This document shows, piece by piece, positions 40,283 through 46,863 of a stretch of DNA of 46,863 bases. Position 1 is the first letter of the stretch; every line of letters starts with the position of its first letter. The notes below the pieces were generated by a model. That model was not told where the DNA came from. It made no database searches and saw only the letters and a list, made by a program, of their open reading frames with translations. The translations under genes were made by a program, and so were the position numbers. The DNA is from an uncultured Solirubrobacteraceae bacterium (GTDB taxonomy: Bacteria; Actinomycetota; Thermoleophilia; Solirubrobacterales; Solirubrobacteraceae). The stretch covers positions 1-46,863 of the forward strand of contig CAZPQW010000012.1 of NCBI GenBank assembly GCA_964588985.1. The letters are read 5' to 3'.

Positions 40283-41464
40283 CTACCCTGCGGCGGCGCA
40301 GAACGCCTCGTAATCGGGGAACACGCCCATCTCCTCATCGCCGATCTCCTCGGGATCGCGCGAGCAGATCGGGCACTCGGGGTCGCGGTGGACCTTGACC
40401 TCGGTGAGCGTGGCGCCGAGCGCGTCGTAGAGCAGCAGGCGCCCGATCGCTGGCTCGCCGATGTCGAGGATCAGCTTGACCACCTCGGTGGCCTGCAGCA
40501 GGCCCATGGTGCCGGGGAGCACGCCGAGCACGCCGTTGGCGCCGCAGGAGGGCGCGAGCTCCGCGGGCGGCGGCTCGCGGAAGAGGCAGCGGTAGCACGG
40601 GCCGTCGTACGGTTTGAACACCGACAGTTGCCCGTCGAAGCCGAGGATCGAGGCGGACACCACGGGGATCTTCAGGCGAACGGTGGCGTCGTTGAGCAGA
40701 TAGCGGGTGGGGAAGTTGTCGACCCCGTCGACGATCACGTCGTAGCCATCGATGATCTCCATGATGTTCGACGCGTCGATCCGCGTCTGGTACTTGACGA
40801 CGTTCACGTCGGGATTGAGCGCGTGGATCGACTCCTCCGCGGAGTCGACCTTGGGGATGCCGACGCGCTGGGTGGAGTGGATCACCTGGCGCTGCAGGTT
40901 GGAGAGGTCGACCACGTCGTCGTCGACGATCCCGAGCGTCCCCACTCCGGCAGCCGCGAGGTACAGCGCGGTCGGCGAGCCGAGGCCGCCGGCGCCGAGC
41001 AGCAGCACCTTCGCGTCGAGCAGCTTCAGCTGGCCCTCGATGCCGATCTCGGGGATCAGCACGTGGCGGGAGTAGCGGTCGCGCTGCTCCGCGGAGAGCG
41101 CGCGCGGAACCACGACCTCGTAGCCGCGGTCCTTCCACAGCGTGATGCCGCCGGTCATCGAGCGCACGTGCTCGTAGCCGAGCTCCTCGGTGAGGGTGCG
41201 AGCGGCGTAGGCGGAGCGGTTGCCGGACTGGCAGTACAGGATCACCTGGGTGGAGCGGTCGGGCACGACGCCCTCGATGCGTGTCTCCAGGTAGCTGCGC
41301 GGCACGTGCTTGGCTCCCGGGAGGTGCCCCGCGGAGTACTCCTCGGTCTCGCGCACGTCGATGACCGCCACACCCTCGTCGATCAGCTCGTGTACCTCGG
41401 AGGGGTCGACCTCTTGGATCTGGCTCTTGACTAGGCGGAGAAGCTCCGCGCCGGACGGACTCAT
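40283..41464 (-). CDS. moeB: Rhodanese-MoeB/ThiF fusion (MoeZ-like sulfur-carrier adenylyl/sulfurtransferase)
   Basis: N-terminal rhodanese (YCQSGNRS); RYSRH, GAGGLGS, SNLQRQ, PCYRC and CPIC; AGGAG RBS. Confidence 0.93.
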   Translation of the reverse strand: MSPSGAELLRLVKSQIQEVDPSEVHELIDEGVAVIDVRETEEYSAGHLPGAKHVPRSYLETRIEGVVPDRSTQVILYCQSGNRSAYAARTLTEELGYEHVRSMTGGITLWKDRGYEVVVPRALSAEQRDRYSRHVLIPEIGIEGQLKLLDAKVLLLGAGGLGSPTALYLAAAGVGTLGIVDDDVVDLSNLQRQVIHSTQRVGIPKVDSAEESIHALNPDVNVVKYQTRIDASNIMEIIDGYDVIVDGVDNFPTRYLLNDATVRLKIPVVSASILGFDGQLSVFKPYDGPCYRCLFREPPPAELAPSCGANGVLGVLPGTMGLLQATEVVKLILDIGEPAIGRLLLYDALGATLTEVKVHRDPECPICSRDPEEIGDEEMGVFPDYEAFCAAAG

Positions 41465-41572
41465 CGTAAAACTCCTAAATAGCACTCAGGATTCGGGGAC
41501 TTCAGAAAGTGTAGCGCCCTGTGGCAGTGCTTTGAAGGGCCTCTCGCTCGCCTCTCCCATACCCTGACCGCG

Positions 41573-42211
41573 ATGCGCCCACGCCCCGCGATCGCCCTGC
41601 CGCTGCTCGCGCTGGCGCTGCTGATCGCGCTGATCCTCGCGGTGCTGCTCCTCGGCAAAGGATCATCCAGCCCGTCGCCCTCCGCAACATACGCCAACCC
41701 CGTCGGCAGCTCAGGCTTCGACGGCGCTGCGCTGCCCACGGGAATCGCGGCCCCCGACTTCACGCTCACAGACCAGGACAGCCGCTCCATATCTCTAAAG
41801 CAGTTTCGCGGCCGGGTGACGGTGCTGACGTTCCTGTACTCGACTTGCGGCGCCCCGTGCGTCCTGATCGCCCAGCAGATCCGCGGCGCGCTGGACGAAC
41901 TGCACGCCCCTCCGCCGGTGCTGGTCGTGAGCGCCAACCCCCGCGCGGACACGCTCACGAGCGTGCGCCGCTTCCTCGCCGAAGTGTCCCTCACCGGGCG
42001 CGTCCGCTACCTCACCGGCCCGTCCGCTCGACTGCGAAGGCTCTGGCGCGCCTACCGTGTGACCCCCGCGAGCGCGGGGCGCAGGGCGTTCGCCCTCCAC
42101 GCGTCGGTGATGCTGATCGACGGCCACGGAGACGAGCGCGTGGTCTTCCAATCCGAACAGCTCACGCCCGAATCGCTCGCGCACGACATCGGGAAGCTGC
42201 GGAACGGCTGA
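41573..42211 (+). CDS. SCO1/SenC copper chaperone
   Basis: N-terminal anchor, APDFTLTDQD, CGAPC (CxxxC) and distal His in LHASVMLID. Confidence 0.85.
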   Translation: MRPRPAIALPLLALALLIALILAVLLLGKGSSSPSPSATYANPVGSSGFDGAALPTGIAAPDFTLTDQDSRSISLKQFRGRVTVLTFLYSTCGAPCVLIAQQIRGALDELHAPPPVLVVSANPRADTLTSVRRFLAEVSLTGRVRYLTGPSARLRRLWRAYRVTPASAGRRAFALHASVMLIDGHGDERVVFQSEQLTPESLAHDIGKLRNG

Positions 42212-42235
42212 TACCCTAGCTCGCAGGTAGGAAAT
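42211..42235. promoter_or_regulatory. Putative Rrf2 operator
   Basis: Imperfect palindrome ATACCCTA-N9-TAGGAAAT immediately before rrf2. Confidence 0.55.
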
Positions 42236-42241
42236 CTGGCG

Positions 42242-42727
42242 ATGATGTTCTCAACCAAGGCCGAGTACGGCGTACGCGTGATGGTCGAGCTTGCTCGGCG
42301 CGCTGGCGAGGATCCGATCCCGCTCGCTGAGATCGCCGCCCACGACGGCCTGCCGCTCGCGTATCTCGAGCACCTGGTGGCACGCCTGCGCAAGGCCGGA
42401 CTCGTCGATTCCCGTCGCGGCTCGCGCGGCGGCTACATGCTCGCGCGCCCCGCCGGCGAGATCACGATGGCGGAGGTGGTGAAGGCGCTGGAGGGCTCGA
42501 TCGCGCCGATCGAGTGCATCTCCGAGGCAGCCGACGGCTCGATCGTGTGCTCGCGCGAGTCCAATCCGGACCACGTGTGCCCCACGAAGCTGCTGTGGAC
42601 GCGCGTGCGGATGTCGATTGTGAACACCCTGCGCGAGACCACGCTCGCGGACCTGCTCGCACCGACGATGCCCGGCGCGGCGCTCGTACCCCCCTTGCAA
42701 ATCGAACCACTCACAACCGGAGCCTGA
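42242..42727 (+). CDS. Rrf2-family regulator with three Cys (IscR/SufR-like)
   Basis: Motifs STKAEYG, YLEHLV and SRRGSRGGYMLAR; Cys triad PIEC...VC...VC. Confidence 0.93.
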   Translation: MMFSTKAEYGVRVMVELARRAGEDPIPLAEIAAHDGLPLAYLEHLVARLRKAGLVDSRRGSRGGYMLARPAGEITMAEVVKALEGSIAPIECISEAADGSIVCSRESNPDHVCPTKLLWTRVRMSIVNTLRETTLADLLAPTMPGAALVPPLQIEPLTTGA

Positions 42728-42736
42728 ACACAGAAC

Positions 42737-43495
<759 letters not shown>

Positions 43496-43499
43496 GTCG

Positions 43500-44867
43500 G
43501 TGGCGGTCAAGCCCGGGCGCCACCGCGAGGCCAGCCTCTACCACGCGCTCGCGGGCCTGGGCGCGGGCGACGGACGAACGCTCGAGGAGCTGCGCACGGC
43601 GGCGCGCGCCGCATACGAAGGCCTGGAGCTGCCGGTGTGGAGGCGCTCGGGGTTCTGGACGACGAACCTGCAGAGCCTCGACCTCGACGCGGTCAAGCTG
43701 GACCCCTCTGCGACCGGCGCTGGCGAGCAGTCCGGCGCAGGCATTCCTGACGTTGTCGCGCGTACTCTTCCCGACCGCGCGCACGCGGGACGCCTGATCC
43801 AGAACGGAAACCAGGTCGTACACATCGACCTCGACCCGGCGCTCGCCGAGCGCGGCGTGGTCCTGTGCTCGCTCGAGGACGCGTTCCGCGACCACGGCGA
43901 GCTGGTGGGCGAGTGGTTCTCCAAGCGCCTGCCGATCGACCGCCACAAGCTGGAGGCGGCGAACGCGGCGTTCTGGAGCGGCGGCGCTTTCCTGCACGTG
44001 CCCGCGGGCGTGATCGTGGAGGACCCGTTCGAGATTGTCTACGCGATCGACCGGCCCGGCGTGGCGCAGTACGGGCGCACGCTCGTGCTTGGCGGCAAGA
44101 CGAGCGAGTTCCGCGTGCACGAGTACGACCTCGCGGAGGACTTCGAGGGGCAGGCTTTGCACGCGGGCGCGTTCGAGCTGTACCTGCAGGACGGCGCGCG
44201 CTGCCGGCTGGCGCAGCTGCAGGACTGGGGCTCGGGCGAGGTGTTCGACGTGTCGACGCGCTTCGTGGGCGTGGGCCGCGACGCCTACTGCCACTGGCTG
44301 CCGTCGCTGCTGGGCGGCCACCTCGTGCGCCAGCACCTGGAGATCGCGGTGTCTGAGGCGGGCGGCGACATGGCGTTTCGCGGGCTGTTCTTCGCGGAGG
44401 AGCACGAGCACCTGGACGTGTTCGCGGTCGACCTGCACGAGACGGGACCGTCGGGCGGGGACGTGCACTGGCGTGGCACCGCCGCGGGCGAGAGCCGCGC
44501 GAGCTTCGAGGGCCTGATCCAGATCGAACCGGGCGCGCAGCAGACCCACACCTACCTGCAGTTCCACTCGATGATGCTCTCGCCGAAGGCGCGCATCGAC
44601 GCGATCCCGTCGGTGCTGGTGTCGGCGGACGACGTGTCCGCGTCGCACGGCGGCACGGTCGGCGAGCTCGACGAGGCGCTGATCTTCTACATGCAGACAC
44701 GCGGCCTCGACCGTGCAGCGGCGGTGCGGGTGATCGTGGAGGGCTTCTTCGAGCCACTCGTCGCGGAGATCCACGACGAGGCGCTCGAGCAGGTCGTGCG
44801 CGAGAAGGTGGCGGTGAAGCTCGCGTCCGCGCGCGAGGACATCGAGGCGTATGCCGCCAGTCGCTGA
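43500..44867 (+). CDS. sufD: Fe-S assembly protein SufD
   Basis: Beta-helix protein ending DDVSASHGGTVGELDEALIFYMQTRGL; lacks the SufB YIEGC-type motif. Confidence 0.85.
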   Translation: MAVKPGRHREASLYHALAGLGAGDGRTLEELRTAARAAYEGLELPVWRRSGFWTTNLQSLDLDAVKLDPSATGAGEQSGAGIPDVVARTLPDRAHAGRLIQNGNQVVHIDLDPALAERGVVLCSLEDAFRDHGELVGEWFSKRLPIDRHKLEAANAAFWSGGAFLHVPAGVIVEDPFEIVYAIDRPGVAQYGRTLVLGGKTSEFRVHEYDLAEDFEGQALHAGAFELYLQDGARCRLAQLQDWGSGEVFDVSTRFVGVGRDAYCHWLPSLLGGHLVRQHLEIAVSEAGGDMAFRGLFFAEEHEHLDVFAVDLHETGPSGGDVHWRGTAAGESRASFEGLIQIEPGAQQTHTYLQFHSMMLSPKARIDAIPSVLVSADDVSASHGGTVGELDEALIFYMQTRGLDRAAAVRVIVEGFFEPLVAEIHDEALEQVVREKVAVKLASAREDIEAYAASR

Positions 44868-46128
44868 GAACGACCTCTTTATGAAGACCGCCTCCGGCGG
44901 TGGGGCGGGCGTGCGTGGCGACTTTCCGATCTTCACCCGGACATTCGGCGGCAGTCCGCTGATCTACCTCGACTCGGGCGCGACGTCGCAGAAGCCGCGG
45001 GCGGTGATCGACGCGGTGGGCGAGCACCTGAGCGCGCACAACGCGAACGTGCACCGTGGCGTGTATCCGCTCGCGCAGGAGGCGGACGCGGCGTTCGAGG
45101 GAGCGCGCAAGCGGATCGCGGCGTTCGTCGGCGCGGACCCTCAGACGACGATCTTCACGAAGAACGTCACGGAGGCGATCAACCTCGTGGCGTACGCATG
45201 GGGCCGTGCTCACGTGGCCGCGGGCGACGCTGTGCTGGTGACGCAGATGGAGCACCACGCGAACCTCGTGCCGTGGCAGGTGCTGTGCCGCGAGCGCGGC
45301 GCTCAACTTCGCTATCTGGAGGTGGACGAGCGCGGCGAGCTGTCGTTGGACGCCCTCGACGCGGAGCTGGCGCGCGGCGACGTGAAGCTGGTGGCGTTCG
45401 CGCACGTGTCGAACGTGCTCGGCACGATCAACCCGGTGGCGGAGATGTGCGCGCGGGTGCGCGCCGCGGGCGCTGTTTCGCTCGTCGACGGCGCGCAGGC
45501 GGTGCCGCAGATGGGCGTCGACGTCGAGCAGGTGGGGGCGGACTTCTACGCGTGGACCGGGCACAAGGCGCTCGGGCCGACGGGGATCGGCGTTCTGCAC
45601 GGACGCCGCGAACCGCTCGACGAGATGGAGCCGTTTTTGACGGGTGGGGACATGATCGCGTCGGTCGACTTCGACGGCGCTACGTGGAATGAGCTGCCGT
45701 GGAAGTTCGAAGCGGGCACCCCCCCGGTCGCGGAGGCCGTGGGGCTTGCCGCAGCGGTTGACTACCTGTCGGCGCTCGGAATGGAGCGAGTGCGCGAGCA
45801 CGAGCGTGCGCTGACCGCGTACATGCTCGAGGGCCTTGCGACCGTGCCGGGGCTGCGCGTCGTGGGCCCGCCTGAGGCGGAGAATCGCGGCGGGCTCGTG
45901 TCGTTCACGCTCGAGGGCATCCACCCGCACGACATCGCCGAGTTGTGCAGCCGCGAGGGCGTGTGCATCCGCGCGGGGCACCACTGCGCGCAGCCGCTGA
46001 TGCGCTGTCTCGGCGTGGGCGCGACCGCACGGGCGAGTGTGGGCGTTTACAACGACCGCTCGGACATCGACGTGCTCGTGAGCTCGCTGATCGCGGCGCG
46101 CGAGGTGTTCGCGCTCGACGAGGGCTGA
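44851..46128 (+). CDS. sufS: Cysteine desulfurase SufS
   Basis: Motifs YLDSGATSQKP, MEHHAN, TGHK, FEAGTP and RAGHHCAQP. Confidence 0.96.
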   Translation: MPPVAENDLFMKTASGGGAGVRGDFPIFTRTFGGSPLIYLDSGATSQKPRAVIDAVGEHLSAHNANVHRGVYPLAQEADAAFEGARKRIAAFVGADPQTTIFTKNVTEAINLVAYAWGRAHVAAGDAVLVTQMEHHANLVPWQVLCRERGAQLRYLEVDERGELSLDALDAELARGDVKLVAFAHVSNVLGTINPVAEMCARVRAAGAVSLVDGAQAVPQMGVDVEQVGADFYAWTGHKALGPTGIGVLHGRREPLDEMEPFLTGGDMIASVDFDGATWNELPWKFEAGTPPVAEAVGLAAAVDYLSALGMERVREHERALTAYMLEGLATVPGLRVVGPPEAENRGGLVSFTLEGIHPHDIAELCSREGVCIRAGHHCAQPLMRCLGVGATARASVGVYNDRSDIDVLVSSLIAAREVFALDEG

Positions 46129-46129
46129 G

Positions 46130-46510
46130 ATGGACGACCTCTACCGCGATTACATCCTCGAGCACTACAAGCGCCCCCGCAATTTCGGCGAGCTAGACCC
46201 GCACGACCTGGAGGCGCTGGAGCACAACCCACTGTGCGGCGACGAGCTCGGCGTGCACATCCGCGTCAAGGACGATCGCATCGAGGACATCCGCTTCCAC
46301 GGCCACGGCTGCGCGATCTCCCAGGCCTCAGCGTCGATCGCCTCGGAAGAGCTGAAGGGCATGAGCCTCGCCGAGGTCGGCGAGCTCGACGCGGACTGGA
46401 TGATCGAGCTGCTGGGGATCCCCGTGTCGGCGACGCGGCGCAAGTGCGCGCTGCTGAACTTGAAGGTCGTGCGCGGCGCCGTCACCGGCGATCACGCCTG
46501 GCCGGCCTGA
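46130..46510 (+). CDS. sufU: SufU/NifU-like sulfur-transfer/scaffold protein
   Basis: Motifs NPLCGD, GCAISQAS and RRKCALL. Confidence 0.9.
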   Translation: MDDLYRDYILEHYKRPRNFGELDPHDLEALEHNPLCGDELGVHIRVKDDRIEDIRFHGHGCAISQASASIASEELKGMSLAEVGELDADWMIELLGIPVSATRRKCALLNLKVVRGAVTGDHAWPA

Positions 46511-46549
46511 GCGTCCCCAGGCCGACTCGGCGCTAGCGCGCGTTCAGGG

Positions 46550-46863
46550 TCATTCGTAGGTGTATTTCGGCCCGCCGGTGGAGAAGCCGCGTTCGTCTTC
46601 CACCACCACTTCCATCGTTCCCGGTGAGCTCGCGGCGGTCTTGGCGCTGATTTCCGTTTCGGAGATCACTTCGACTTCGGTCGCTTCGCCGCCGATGAAC
46701 ACCTTCGCGCCTTTGACGAACCCGGTGCCTTTGATTTTGACCACCACTCCGCCGGCCTTGGCGCCTTTCGCCGGAGTGATCGAGGTCACGGTCGGAGGTG
46801 CAATGTAGGTGAACTTGGGGTTTTCTTTGCTGGCGCCTCCGCCGGCGATGGTGACGATCACTT
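46550..46863 (-). CDS. IPT/TIG-domain surface protein, C-terminal part (5' end outside the window)
   Basis: PTVTSITPAKGAKAGGVVVKIKGTGF...EISAKTAA...YTYE-stop. Confidence 0.8.
   Translation of the reverse strand, partial: VIVTIAGGGASKENPKFTYIAPPTVTSITPAKGAKAGGVVVKIKGTGFVKGAKVFIGGEATEVEVISETEISAKTAASSPGTMEVVVEDERGFSTGGPKYTYE

Overview
High-GC actinobacterial chromosomal segment. Gene content and style suggest Thermoleophilia/Solirubrobacterales (inference, no search run). About 45 protein-coding genes; I found no rRNA, tRNA, CRISPR array, transposase or integrase. Core blocks: acyl-CoA dehydrogenase/synthetase, MarR-MFS, RidA, two tandem secreted TAP-like alpha/beta hydrolases, YyaL, glnA, cytochrome c, a LolA-like protein plus ABC exporter, rph-rdgB, hup-pyrF, pfkB-ybhB, GT4 plus two zinc-ribbon proteins plus nadB, and a hydantoinase/oxoprolinase A/B operon. 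A sulfur-relay set is split in two (moeZ-cysO and cysM-mec) by about 7.4 kb of accessory genes. An SCO-rrf2-sufC-sufD-sufS-sufU cluster lacks sufB. Most notable: (i) a lower-GC cassette encoding a multi-TM protein interrupted by one amber codon, followed by a polyproline micro-peptide; (ii) a shared CC-N13-GG-like palindromic box at the rrf2/suf, moeZ-cysO and cysM promoters, suggesting one regulator for Fe-S and cysteine synthesis; (iii) a ubiquitin-like sulfur carrier whose Gly-Gly is masked by Glu-Phe; (iv) an XRE plus nucleotidyltransferase TA-like pair with a perfect operator; (v) structured non-coding leaders; (vi) a probable CTG start for pyrF, an unannotated 46-aa membrane protein, and widespread leaderless starts. 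All family calls come from motif recognition by eye.
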